A DNA stretch of 64,000 nt from a virus. Under the pieces are notes generated by a model. It had not been told where the DNA came from. It saw only the letters and a program-made list of their open reading frames with translations, and ran no database searches. The number at the start of each line of letters is the position of its first letter. Position 1 is the stretch's first letter. Both the position numbers and the translations under genes were made by a program. This document shows positions 27,727-37,390 of the stretch, in pieces. The DNA is taken from IMG/VR virus record IMGVR_UViG_3300047550_003635; one strand, written 5' to 3'.

Positions 27727-30120
27727 ATGTTTACCGTTGAATCCAAATCGCAACTAGCCAAGCTGATGGCTACTGAAAATCTGATTATTCAGCACCAAAA
27801 ACTTCGCACAGCAAAATTTGACCCAGTTAATCGTATTTTGTATTTGCCCATTTGGCAAAACATGACTGGATTTGTTTATGACCTGCTTTGTGGTCATGAA
27901 GTCGGTCATGCACTTTATACTCCGCCACAAGGTTGGCATGATGCTGTTGTTGATAAATCTAAACCTAAATCATATAAACATTTTCTAAATGTTGTTGAGG
28001 ATGCTCGGATTGAAAAGAAAATCCAACGACGTTATCCTGGACTTCGGTCATGTTTTAAACAAGCATATGAAAAATTCTTTGATGAAGATTTTTTCGGTGT
28101 TGCTGGTCGCAATATTAACAATCTTCCTTTTATTGACCGTTTGAATCTTTTTACAAAAAGTCAATATACCAAAAATATTACGTTCAATGATGTTGAATTG
28201 GATTTTATCAGTGAAGTTAAAAATGCTGAATCATGGGAAAACGTTGTTGATATTACTGATAGAATTTTTCAGTATTCTAAAAATGAACAATATGAATTAG
28301 AACATCAAAACGATTTTTCTTTTTCGGATAATCAAACTTATGATGAATCTGGTGATGGTGACCCAGATGAATGTGATTTTGATGAAATTGAAGATGAAAC
28401 TGAAAATTCAAGTGGCAAATCTAAAAAAGTTTCAAAACAGTCACAAGAAAAATCGGATGATGGTGATGAATCAGAAGAATCTGAAACACAATCTGGTAAA
28501 TCCGACAAAGAATCTGATTCCGACAAATCTGAAGAAAAATCGGATGATAAGGAAAATGATAATAAATCAGATGATAAGAAAGAACATGATGATGAAAAAT
28601 CGAATAGCATCAATCGTGATAAAGAATCTAATGAATCAGACCGTGACCAATTTGTTCCGAATTGTCAAACTGATGAAACATATCGTCAAAAAGAAAATCT
28701 TTTGCTTGATGTAAAATCAAAAGATTATCATTATATTAATATTCCAAAACCTATTCTTGAAGATATTGTGACCCCGTGGAAACGTGTGCAAGAACAGATG
28801 ACCGAACATTGGAATAAAGTTTTTGATATTAAAAATTATGATACTCAAGCTAAAAGATATTATTATCCAAAAGTTAATCCCACTGAATTGGTAAACAGTT
28901 TTAAACTGAAGAACGAGAAATATATCACACTTTTGGCTAAAGAATTTGAAATGCGAAAAGCTGCAAAATCTTATGCTAAAAATAAAATCTCAACAACGGG
29001 TGATTTGAACATCAACAAACTCGCACAATACAAGGTTGATGATAATATCTTTCGGAAAATCATGACTGTTCCTAAAGGTAAAAAACATGGTCTAATATTG
29101 CTTCTGGATTATTCTGGTTCAATGAGTGATAAAATGGACGGCTCAATTGAACAGATTCTTGTTCTTGCGATGTTTTGTCGTAAAGTAAATATTCCTTTCC
29201 GTGTGTATGCTTTTGGTGATTCGGTAAAAGTATATTCTTTGGATAGAAATATTGTTAATAATCCGTTAGCAGCAAAAACATCCCGTCCTAATTGCAGTTG
29301 TTTCACTACAAATGCAGATGAATTGGCATTAAAAACTGTTCAATTGCGTGAATATTTGAACAACGAAATGACAAACTCTGAATTTACCAAAAGTGTTCGT
29401 AATATGATTTTGTTGAAACAATCTTTTGATAGAAATAGCTATGGTGTTAATCAATTAGAAAAACCTAATAGTGAAGAATTGACTAATACCCCATTGATTC
29501 AAGGTATTTTTGCAATGACTGAAGTTATGAAACAATTTAAAAAAGTAAATAATTTGGATTTTACCAGTTTGATTATTGTGCATGATGGTGATGCTGATGC
29601 AAATCCAAACTATTATGATGGACGTTATCATAATTCACAAACATATTTTAATGAAATCAAAGATAATGTAATTATTACTAATAAAAAGAGTAAATTCCAA
29701 TATCTTTTGAGGTCAGAAAAAACAAACAATAATCCATCATTGTTGACTGCTGCTTTGCGCTATTTCAGACATGAAACTAAATCTAAAATTTTTGGTTTCT
29801 TTATTCTTGAAAATCGTTCATATGCTATAAAAAATAGTCTGTTTAGACGTTATCTGGATAAAAATGGTAATTCTGTCGATTATGATGCTATTAAAGACAA
29901 AATAAAAGAACTTCGGTCAGAAAAATATTTGCAATCGAATATCGTCGGCTATGATGATTTCTATATGTTGTCGAATGACATTATTATTGATGATGAAGAA
30001 TTGGAAATTGCTGAAACAGCATCACAGAAAACAATCATCAAAGCGTTCATCAAATTTAATAAAAAACGCCAAGTAAATCGTGTTCTCGTCAACAAGTTTA
30101 TCCAAGGTATTGCTGCATAA
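27727..30120 (+). CDS. Metallopeptidase-like (HExxH) + vWA domain protein, CobT-like partner of CobS
   Basis: HEVGHAL, NVVEDARIE, acidic linker, MIDAS LDYSGSM, TPL, HDGD. Confidence 0.8.
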   Translation: MFTVESKSQLAKLMATENLIIQHQKLRTAKFDPVNRILYLPIWQNMTGFVYDLLCGHEVGHALYTPPQGWHDAVVDKSKPKSYKHFLNVVEDARIEKKIQRRYPGLRSCFKQAYEKFFDEDFFGVAGRNINNLPFIDRLNLFTKSQYTKNITFNDVELDFISEVKNAESWENVVDITDRIFQYSKNEQYELEHQNDFSFSDNQTYDESGDGDPDECDFDEIEDETENSSGKSKKVSKQSQEKSDDGDESEESETQSGKSDKESDSDKSEEKSDDKENDNKSDDKKEHDDEKSNSINRDKESNESDRDQFVPNCQTDETYRQKENLLLDVKSKDYHYINIPKPILEDIVTPWKRVQEQMTEHWNKVFDIKNYDTQAKRYYYPKVNPTELVNSFKLKNEKYITLLAKEFEMRKAAKSYAKNKISTTGDLNINKLAQYKVDDNIFRKIMTVPKGKKHGLILLLDYSGSMSDKMDGSIEQILVLAMFCRKVNIPFRVYAFGDSVKVYSLDRNIVNNPLAAKTSRPNCSCFTTNADELALKTVQLREYLNNEMTNSEFTKSVRNMILLKQSFDRNSYGVNQLEKPNSEELTNTPLIQGIFAMTEVMKQFKKVNNLDFTSLIIVHDGDADANPNYYDGRYHNSQTYFNEIKDNVIITNKKSKFQYLLRSEKTNNNPSLLTAALRYFRHETKSKIFGFFILENRSYAIKNSLFRRYLDKNGNSVDYDAIKDKIKELRSEKYLQSNIVGYDDFYMLSNDIIIDDEELEIAETASQKTIIKAFIKFNKKRQVNRVLVNKFIQGIAA

Positions 30121-30134
30121 AGGGTTTTTATCGC

Positions 30135-30163
30135 TTGACATTTGGTGTATTTGGTAGTATAAT
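30135..30163 (+). promoter_or_regulatory. Sigma70 early promoter
   Basis: TTGACA-17-TATAAT. Confidence 0.85.
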
Positions 30164-30196
30164 ATTATTATATTGTGAATAAGGAGTTTTTATATT

Positions 30197-31384
30197 ATGA
30201 GTAGTCGTTCTGAAAAACGTGCTGATTTTTTCAAACATCTTGAATCAATTGGTAAGTCTACCGTTACAAAACAAGAAATTAATGAAATTTGTAAAAAGGT
30301 CGGCATTTCTTGTGCGCCATGGTTCACAAATGACCCAACGAATCGCGTATCACATGGAATTTATTGGGTGCCGTCAAATAAATCCGCTGAAACAATCAAC
30401 ATGGAAGCACAGGTTATTCCTATTGAGAATAAAAAATTGACAGACAAAAAAATCAAAAATGTATCGACCGATTTGGAAGATGCAGACCTTGTTCCTAAAA
30501 CATATAAGAATTATGTGCCTTTTGGTAATTTTGATGATATTCTGTCAATCATCAAATCAAATCGGTTCTTTCCGACTTTTATTACGGGTCATTCTGGTAA
30601 TGGTAAAACGATGTCAATTGAACAGGCTTGTGCAAAAGCAAAGCGCAAGTTTGTCTGTATTTCAATGACACCCGAAACTGATGAATCTGATTTGCTTGGT
30701 AATTACGTTCTAATTGATGGTAATATGGAATGGCGTGATGGTCCTGTTACTATTGCTGCTCGTCAGGGTGCTGTTTTGTGTATTGACGAAATCGATTATG
30801 GTGCACAAAATCTTTCATGTCTCCAACGTGTCCTTGAAGGTAAACCGTTCATGCTGAAGAAAAAAGCTGAATTGGTTGTTCCCGCTGAAGGTTTTACAAT
30901 CTTCGCTACTGCTAATACTAAAGGTAAAGGTAGTGAAGATGGTCGTTATATGTTTACCAACGTTTTGAATGAAGCGTTCCTTGAACGTTTTCGGAATACA
31001 TATGAACAAGATTGGCCGTCTAATACCGTTGAAAAGAAAATCATCAAGAAAGAATTGGAATCTGTTGGTCGTTCTGATGATGAATTTGCAGAAAATCTTG
31101 TCAATTGGGCAGATGCTATTCGTAAAACGTTTGCAGATGGTGGATGCGATGAATTGATTTCTACTCGCCGTCTTGTTCATATTGTCGAAACGCATGGTAT
31201 TTTTAATAATAGAATGAAAGCGATTGGTCTATGTTTGAATCGGTTTGATGCTGATACCAAAATGTCGTTTCTTGATTTGTATACCAAGATTGATGTTAAA
31301 ACTAAAATGGACTCAGATTTAAATACAGTGACTACCGCTACTGATTCAAATATGAGTAATGTTTCTAATGAAGTGCCTTTTTAA
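30197..31384 (+). CDS. cobS: CobS/MoxR-like AAA+ ATPase
   Basis: GHSGNGKT, CIDEID, ATANTKGKG, EAFLERF, STRRL. Confidence 0.88.
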   Translation: MSSRSEKRADFFKHLESIGKSTVTKQEINEICKKVGISCAPWFTNDPTNRVSHGIYWVPSNKSAETINMEAQVIPIENKKLTDKKIKNVSTDLEDADLVPKTYKNYVPFGNFDDILSIIKSNRFFPTFITGHSGNGKTMSIEQACAKAKRKFVCISMTPETDESDLLGNYVLIDGNMEWRDGPVTIAARQGAVLCIDEIDYGAQNLSCLQRVLEGKPFMLKKKAELVVPAEGFTIFATANTKGKGSEDGRYMFTNVLNEAFLERFRNTYEQDWPSNTVEKKIIKKELESVGRSDDEFAENLVNWADAIRKTFADGGCDELISTRRLVHIVETHGIFNNRMKAIGLCLNRFDADTKMSFLDLYTKIDVKTKMDSDLNTVTTATDSNMSNVSNEVPF

Positions 31385-31406
31385 TGCACATTTACCAATA
31401 AAAGTA

Positions 31407-31435
31407 TTGACATGCATATCATAATAAGTCATAAT
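31407..31435 (+). promoter_or_regulatory. Sigma70-like promoter
   Basis: TTGACA-17-CATAAT. Confidence 0.75.
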
Positions 31436-31506
31436 GGTATGTGTGTCTGAGAGAAGAATCACCTCTCTGAAATAAGAGTGATTCAAATTTATGGAGTTTT
31501 TATATA

Positions 31507-31782
31507 ATGAAGTCAGCTAAACAAAAGATGTTAAATTTTCTTAGCAAAGATGGCAAATACAATACCTTTACCGTAGCACAGGCTCGCGCACGTTGGGGAA
31601 TCAGCAATGTTACCGCCCGTGTTAATGAACTACGTGATGAAGGTCATGCAATTTATACCAATCGTAAGACTCTTACCGATGGTCGTAAAATTACATTTTA
31701 TCGTTTGGGCACTCCTACCAAGCAAGTTATTGCTGCTGGTATCGCTGCTCTCCGTGAGCAGGGTGTTCGCGCTTTTGCCTAA
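31507..31782 (+). CDS. Small winged-helix DNA-binding protein
   Basis: TVAQARARWGISNVTARVNELRDEGHAI...YRLG. Confidence 0.7.
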   Translation: MKSAKQKMLNFLSKDGKYNTFTVAQARARWGISNVTARVNELRDEGHAIYTNRKTLTDGRKITFYRLGTPTKQVIAAGIAALREQGVRAFA

Positions 31783-31802
31783 TATTCATTAGGTAAACGC
31801 AT

Positions 31803-31840
31803 AGAGGAGTGATATATAATAGTATCACTCCTCTTTTTTT
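31803..31840 (+). terminator. Rho-independent terminator
   Basis: AGAGGAGTGATA/TATCACTCCTCT 12-bp stem + T run; loop TATAATAG. Confidence 0.85.
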
Positions 31841-31856
31841 ATAGAATGGAAATATT

Positions 31857-32672
31857 ATGGAAATACAAGTCAAAGTTGAAGAATTGAGAAAGAATAAAGT
31901 TTTCGTTGCTACACCCATGTATGGTGGAATGGCCCATGGTCTTTATGTAAAATCATGTCTTGACCTTCAGGGAACAATGAGCAAATATGGTGTTGATACC
32001 AAGTTCTCATTTCTTTTCAATGAATCTTTAATTACTCGCGCAAGAAATTATCTTGTTGACGAGTTCCTACGCACAGATTACACACACTTACTTTTTATTG
32101 ATTCTGATATTCATTATAATCCACAAGATGTTGTTGCATTACTTGCCTTGGATAAAGATGTTATCGGTGGACCTTATCCAAAAAAATCTATTAATTGGAA
32201 TAATGTTGCGATGGCAGCGAGAAGTCATCCCAAACTTGAACCAAAAGAATTGGAAACATTGGTTGGTGAATATGTTTTCAATATCGTAAAGGGAACACAA
32301 TCATTTCAAGTTACCGAACCTCTTGAAGTTATGGAAATTGGTACGGGATATATGTTGATTAAACGACATGTATTTGAAAAGATGGCAGAATCATATCCAA
32401 ATATCAAATATAAACCTGACCATGTTGGGCAACAGCATTTTGATGGGTCACGTTATATTCATGCATATTTTGATACTGTTATTGATACCAAAGATTCAAT
32501 GACTGGTGGTGGTTCAGAACGTTATTTGTCTGAAGATTATATGTTCTGTCAGATGTGGCGCAAGATTGGTGGAAAAATCTTTTTGTGTCCATGGATGAAA
32601 ACACAACATATCGGAACATATGCATTTACTGGTAATATGCCAGCAGTTGCAAACTATACAGGTAAGCTATGA
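31857..32672 (+). CDS. GT-A fold glycosyltransferase-like protein
   Basis: VATPMYGG, LITRARN, FIDSDI (DxD), GTGYMLI, SEDYMFC. Confidence 0.75.
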   Translation: MEIQVKVEELRKNKVFVATPMYGGMAHGLYVKSCLDLQGTMSKYGVDTKFSFLFNESLITRARNYLVDEFLRTDYTHLLFIDSDIHYNPQDVVALLALDKDVIGGPYPKKSINWNNVAMAARSHPKLEPKELETLVGEYVFNIVKGTQSFQVTEPLEVMEIGTGYMLIKRHVFEKMAESYPNIKYKPDHVGQQHFDGSRYIHAYFDTVIDTKDSMTGGGSERYLSEDYMFCQMWRKIGGKIFLCPWMKTQHIGTYAFTGNMPAVANYTGKL

Positions 32673-33280
32673 TTATTGGTCTCGTTGGTTTTATCGGCTC
32701 CGGCAAAGGAACTGTTGGTGATATCCTTGAACAAAAAGGATTCAACAAAGATTCTTTTGCCAAGCCCTTAAAAGATGCAGTATCAATTATCTTTGGATGG
32801 CCCAGAGAATTACTTGAAGGTGATACAGAAGTTTCCAGAAAATGGCGTGAACAAGTAGATTCTTTTTGGACTGAGAAATTTCAAAAAGAATTTTCGCCTA
32901 GAATGGCTTTACAATTAATGGGAACAGAAGCTGGTCGTGATGTGTTTGATAAAGATATTTGGGTTATTTCTTTATTGAATCGCGCAAATGGTAAGAATGT
33001 TGTTGTTACTGATGTAAGATTTCAAAACGAAATTAAATACATTCAACAAAATAACGGTATTATTATTCGCGTTAAACGTGGTCCTGAACCTGAATGGTAT
33101 GAAATGTTGAAAACCATTACCGATTTTCGTTTGAGAAAAACGACCATGTCATTTTGGAATATACATCAATCAGAATGGGATTGGGTAGGTTGTAATTTTG
33201 ATTATGAAATTGATAATAACGGTAGCCTTCAAGATTTGAGTAATAAAGTAGAAGAAGTATTGCAACAGATTCAAAAGTAG
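32669..33280 (+). CDS. gp1: dNMP kinase
   Basis: GFIGSGKGT, SFAKPLKD, PRMALQLMGTE, DVRFQNE. Confidence 0.9.
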   Translation: MIIGLVGFIGSGKGTVGDILEQKGFNKDSFAKPLKDAVSIIFGWPRELLEGDTEVSRKWREQVDSFWTEKFQKEFSPRMALQLMGTEAGRDVFDKDIWVISLLNRANGKNVVVTDVRFQNEIKYIQQNNGIIIRVKRGPEPEWYEMLKTITDFRLRKTTMSFWNIHQSEWDWVGCNFDYEIDNNGSLQDLSNKVEEVLQQIQK

Positions 33281-33288
33281 TGTATAAT
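33260..33288 (+). promoter_or_regulatory. Sigma70-like promoter (gp45)
   Basis: TTGCAA-17-TATAAT. Confidence 0.6.
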
Positions 33289-33313
33289 TATATTATTATT
33301 TGTGAGGTAATTT

Positions 33314-33994
33314 ATGAAACTTTCTAGTGAAACACTTTCGATTCTAAAAAACTTTGGTGCAATCAATCAAGGAATTCTTTTCAAAAAAGGTAAGAAACTC
33401 AGGACTGTTTCTTCGCAGAGAAACATTCTTGCAGAAGTTGATTTGAATGAAGAAATTCCTGCTGAGTTTGGTGTATATGATTTGAATAATTTTCTTTCTA
33501 TTCTTTCATTGCACAAAGATGACCCATCGTTTGAATTTGGTGAAACTCAAATGACAATCGTTGGTAACAATGGTCGTAGTAAAATGAAGTATCGCTATTG
33601 TGCATCAAACATGATTGTAACACCACCTGAAAAACCAATTACGATGCCTGACCCAGAAATTTCTTTTGAATTGACATCAGAAGATTTTGAATGGATTCTT
33701 CGTTTCGCTTCTGTTCTTGGTTCACCAGATATCGCTATTGAATCTGATGGTGACACAGTGAATATTGTAACATTGGATGTTACAAACGATTCCGCAAGCA
33801 CTGAATCACTTCAAGTTTGTAATGGAACAGGTATGAAGTATCGTATTTTGTTCAAGACAGAAAATATTACAAAGATGCTTAATGGTTCTTATGATGTAAA
33901 AATTTCTTCAAAAGGAATTGCTTACTTCAAACATAAGACAATCAATCTTCAGTATTGGATTAGCACTGAAACTGGTTCGAACGTTAGCAAGTAA
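33314..33994 (+). CDS. gp45: Sliding clamp
   Basis: MKLSSETLSILKNF..IN, FGVYDLNNFL, YWI. Confidence 0.95.
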   Translation: MKLSSETLSILKNFGAINQGILFKKGKKLRTVSSQRNILAEVDLNEEIPAEFGVYDLNNFLSILSLHKDDPSFEFGETQMTIVGNNGRSKMKYRYCASNMIVTPPEKPITMPDPEISFELTSEDFEWILRFASVLGSPDIAIESDGDTVNIVTLDVTNDSASTESLQVCNGTGMKYRILFKTENITKMLNGSYDVKISSKGIAYFKHKTINLQYWISTETGSNVSK

Positions 33995-34023
33995 TTATTT
34001 TCTTTTTATTATGGAGTTTGTGA

Positions 34024-34953
34024 ATGGAACATTTATTGTGGGTAGAGAAGTATCGGCCACAAAAGGTAGCTGATTGTATTCTTCCTGAAAGGCTTAAAAC
34101 ACCTTTTCAAGAATATGTCAATCAAAATCATATCCCCAATCTTTTGCTTAGTGGTTCTGCTGGTGTTGGTAAAACGACAGTAGCAAAAGCACTTTGCAAA
34201 GAGATTGGTTGTGATTATATGGTTCTCAACGGTTCTGATGAGAATGGTGTCGATACGATTCGGACTAAAATCAAGTCCTATGCATCATCAATGTCTTTTT
34301 CTGGTGGTCGTAAAGTAATCATTCTTGATGAAGCTGATTATCTGACACCAAACGCACAAGCAATTCTGCGAAATGCGATTGAAGAATTTGAAACGAATTG
34401 TTCATTTATTTTTACTTGTAATTTCAAAGCAAAGATTATGGACGCGCTTCATTCTCGGTGTGCTGTAATTGATTTTACTTTGAAGAATGAAGAAAAAGAA
34501 GAAATGGCAGCATCGTTCTTCAAGAGAATCATTGGTATTCTTCAAACAGAAAAGATTGAATATGAACAAAAAGTAGTTGCAGAAATCGTCAAGAAACATT
34601 TTCCTGATTTTCGTAGAACGATTAATGAACTACAACGATTCTCTCAATTCGGTAAAATTGATATTGGTGTTCTTGCCCAAGTTACTGATGTTTCTCTTTC
34701 TGATGTTACAAAATTTCTCAAAGAAAAAGATTTCAAAAACATCAGGAAGTGGGTTGCAAGTAATCAAATTGATTCGCAGACTATTTTCAGAAAATTATAT
34801 GATAGTCTGTATGATATTTTGGTACCGCAAAGCGTCCCTCAAGCAGTAATTATTCTTGCCGATTATCAGTATAAAGCTGCTTTTGTTGCTGATGCTGAAA
34901 TTAATATTGTTGCTTGTCTGACAGAATTGATGGTAAATTTGGAATTTAAATGA
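34024..34953 (+). CDS. gp44: Clamp loader ATPase subunit
   Basis: LWVEKYRP, GVGKTT, DEAD, SRC. Confidence 0.95.
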   Translation: MEHLLWVEKYRPQKVADCILPERLKTPFQEYVNQNHIPNLLLSGSAGVGKTTVAKALCKEIGCDYMVLNGSDENGVDTIRTKIKSYASSMSFSGGRKVIILDEADYLTPNAQAILRNAIEEFETNCSFIFTCNFKAKIMDALHSRCAVIDFTLKNEEKEEMAASFFKRIIGILQTEKIEYEQKVVAEIVKKHFPDFRRTINELQRFSQFGKIDIGVLAQVTDVSLSDVTKFLKEKDFKNIRKWVASNQIDSQTIFRKLYDSLYDILVPQSVPQAVIILADYQYKAAFVADAEINIVACLTELMVNLEFK

Positions 34954-35213
34954 TTGAATGGATAGTCGATGACTATAGAACTAATCGCATACGTTTCATT
35001 GGTGAGTTTATCGCTTGGTTACTTAGTATATCGTGTAGTCTTATTATGGCATTCACTGTGCCACAACCGCCCTTACTATTATTATATCCTTTATGGATTA
35101 GCGGGTGTATCTTGTTTGGCTGTGCTGCATATAGTAGGCGTTCTTTTGGTCTCATGGCTAACTACATTCTCCTGAGTAGTATTGATTTGATAGCATTGAT
35201 TAGATTATTATGA
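34950..35213 (+). CDS. Small multi-pass membrane protein
   Basis: About three hydrophobic helices; 4-nt overlaps with gp44 and gp62. Confidence 0.65.
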   Translation: MIEWIVDDYRTNRIRFIGEFIAWLLSISCSLIMAFTVPQPPLLLLYPLWISGCILFGCAAYSRRSFGLMANYILLSSIDLIALIRLL

Positions 35214-35617
35214 GCAATCCATTTGATTATGTAAACGAGATTCTTCAGGGTAAAAAGAATATTATTGTTGATGAACAGACAGAGAAAGAATATCTGCCGT
35301 TTATAACAAATCGTAGTCTTTCTTACCAGCAAGATTGTGTATATTTTGCTAATGAAATGAATATCAGGCATCATCTTGATAAAAAGTTACAATTTGATTT
35401 TTTAATAAATACTATACGGTCTAAGAAAAGACCTTTTGCAAAGTGGGTAAAAGCTGAAAAAAGTGAAGATTTGGAATGTATTAAAAAGGTCTATGGCTAT
35501 TCCAACTCAAAAGCTGAAGAAGTTTACCGATTACTGAGCAAAGACCAAATCCAACAATTAAAAGAACAAACCGATATCGGTGGATTGAAAGGACCAAAAA
35601 ATGGTAGACTTGACTAA
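35210..35617 (+). CDS. gp62: Clamp loader small subunit
   Basis: Y.PF..NRSLS, ANEMN, QFDFLIN, YGYS..KA. Confidence 0.9.
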   Translation: MSNPFDYVNEILQGKKNIIVDEQTEKEYLPFITNRSLSYQQDCVYFANEMNIRHHLDKKLQFDFLINTIRSKKRPFAKWVKAEKSEDLECIKKVYGYSNSKAEEVYRLLSKDQIQQLKEQTDIGGLKGPKNGRLD

Positions 35618-36002
35618 ATTTATTGAAATAAAATTAAACGAGCAGGATGATTTTTTAAAAGTTAGAGAAACGCTTACACGCATCGGAGTTTCATCACGTA
35701 AAGACAAGATTCTTTATCAATCTTGTCACATTTTACATAAACAAGGGCATTATTATCTTGTGCATTTTAAAGAATTATTTGCACTGGATGGCAAACCCTC
35801 AAACATTTCCGATAATGATATTCAGCGTAGGAATGCAATTGCCAAATTATTATCTGAATGGGGCTTGATTACTGTCTTAAATCCTGCTATAATGAAAGAT
35901 AACATTGCACCACTTCATCAAATTAAAATCATTTCATTTAAAGAAAAGGATGATTGGGATTTGGTTGCAAAGTATAATATCGGTAAAAAAATTAACAGGT
36001 AA
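35601..36002 (+). CDS. regA: Translational repressor RegA
   Basis: DDFLKVRETLTRIG, LYQSCHILHKQG.YY.VHFKELF. Confidence 0.95.
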   Translation: MVDLTKFIEIKLNEQDDFLKVRETLTRIGVSSRKDKILYQSCHILHKQGHYYLVHFKELFALDGKPSNISDNDIQRRNAIAKLLSEWGLITVLNPAIMKDNIAPLHQIKIISFKEKDDWDLVAKYNIGKKINR

Positions 36003-36016
36003 GCATCAAATATATT

Positions 36017-36196
36017 ATGAAAAATTTGAAAGTAAAAAAGCTGAAAAATAGATACACAAACGAAGTTGTTTATACTAAAAATATAAATGAAACGGTTGTG
36101 AATGGGGAAACTACCTTCATAAAAGTATATCGTGAAGGTATGCCTCATAGAGAATTTCTGGTTAACAAGGACTCATTTGAAATCCTTGCTAAATAG
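36017..36196 (+). CDS. Small hypothetical protein (59 aa, not in ORF track)
   Basis: MKNLKVKKLKNRYTNEVV...FEILAK; fills the regA-hsp20 gap. Confidence 0.6.
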   Translation: MKNLKVKKLKNRYTNEVVYTKNINETVVNGETTFIKVYREGMPHREFLVNKDSFEILAK

Positions 36197-36199
36197 GAA

Positions 36200-36254
36200 T
36201 GTGATGCCTTCGGGGTCACAATTTTATAAACTCGCTTAATAGGAGAACTATATG
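36200..36254 (+). promoter_or_regulatory. Structured hsp20 leader: UUCG hairpin plus ROSE-like SD-occluding hairpin
   Basis: TGTGATGCC-TTCG-GGGTCACA; CTCGCT-TAAT-AGGAG with bulged G opposite the SD. Confidence 0.6.
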
Positions 36255-36743
36255 ACACAGATAGGTCGTATTTCATTTGCACCACTTACCCATTCAACAC
36301 TAGGTTTTGACCGTTTTTTTCAAGATGTCGAACGCCTACTTGAAATGGATGCATCAAAAACCATATCTAATTTTCCTCCACATAACATTCTTAAACTAGC
36401 AGATAATCTCTATGTTGTTGAGATGGCTATTGCTGGATTTTCAAAAGATGAAATTCAAATCACTGTTGAAGATGGTGAATTGATTATTCAGGGTGAGAAG
36501 AAAGAAAAGGAAGTTGGTACATATCTACACAAAGGTATTGGTACCCGTTCTTTTACTAAAACACTTCACATCGCTGAAACTGTTGAAGTTCGTGGAGCAG
36601 AATTTAAAGATGGTATTTTGAAAATCGGTTTGGAAAATGTTATTCCAGAACATAAAAAACCTCGTAAGATTGAGATTGGTTCTGAATTGACATTGCCTAA
36701 ATCAGAAACACAACTTCTCAATGAAACCAAAAAAGTAGCCTAA
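36252..36743 (+). CDS. hsp20: Small heat-shock protein Hsp20 (IbpA-like)
   Basis: FPPHNI, EMAIAGF, YLHKGI.TRSF, PEHKKPRKIEI. Confidence 0.93.
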   Translation: MTQIGRISFAPLTHSTLGFDRFFQDVERLLEMDASKTISNFPPHNILKLADNLYVVEMAIAGFSKDEIQITVEDGELIIQGEKKEKEVGTYLHKGIGTRSFTKTLHIAETVEVRGAEFKDGILKIGLENVIPEHKKPRKIEIGSELTLPKSETQLLNETKKVA

Positions 36744-36751
36744 TACTTTTT

Positions 36752-36779
36752 AGGAAGGGCGCAATGCCCTTCCTTTTTT
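36752..36779 (+). terminator. Rho-independent terminator after hsp20
   Basis: AGGAAGGGC/GCCCTTCCT stem + T run. Confidence 0.9.
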
Positions 36780-36798
36780 AGCAAATTATGGAGTTATT

Positions 36799-36975
36799 AT
36801 GAAAAGAGACAAGAGTTTTAGATTGAAACAAAGTGTGAAAAGAATGTTGACTAATCTAGAAGGTGAAGAACGAACATTCTATAAGAATATTATGATTGAA
36901 GCACAATTAATTGCAGCACGTCCAGCACCACGTGATAAACAAGCGAAAAATAATGACTCAGATGCAGCAGAATAA
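36799..36975 (+). CDS. Small hypothetical protein (58 aa, not in ORF track)
   Basis: GGAG RBS; MKRDKSFRLKQSVKRML...MIEAQL. Confidence 0.6.
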   Translation: MKRDKSFRLKQSVKRMLTNLEGEERTFYKNIMIEAQLIAARPAPRDKQAKNNDSDAAE

Positions 36976-37390
36976 ATGGCATTCAAGATTTGTTGATTTA
37001 GCAAAACATATTTCTGAATGGAGTAAAGACCCTAGCACAAAAGTCGGTGCAGTTATTGTTGATGAAAAACGCAGAATTATTAGCACTGGCTATAATGGGT
37101 TTTCTATTGGCGTTGAAGATACTGATGATAGATTATTTAATCGTGATATAAAATATGAAATGATTGTTCATGGTGAAATCAATGCGATTGTTTTTGCTAG
37201 ACAAGATTTGACAAACACAACACTTTATACATATCCATTTATGCCATGTAGTCGTTGTGCTTCCATTGTAATTCAGAGTGGAATCAAAACTGTCGTTGCA
37301 CCAGAAAATCATAATCCTCGTTGGGCAGAAAGTTTTGCTCTTTCAACTAAGTTGTTTAATGAATCTAACGTAAAGTTAATTTTATTATGA
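36953..37390 (+). CDS. cd: dCMP deaminase
   Basis: WSKDPSTKVGAVI, GYNG, HGEINAI, PCSRC; start 36953 or 36962. Confidence 0.9.
   Translation: MTQMQQNKWHSRFVDLAKHISEWSKDPSTKVGAVIVDEKRRIISTGYNGFSIGVEDTDDRLFNRDIKYEMIVHGEINAIVFARQDLTNTTLYTYPFMPCSRCASIVIQSGIKTVVAPENHNPRWAESFALSTKLFNESNVKLILL

Noticed and set aside
30197-31384. cobS as evidence for cobalamin biosynthesis
   Set aside because: No other cob genes; phage CobS-like proteins are MoxR-type ATPases paired with vWA proteins
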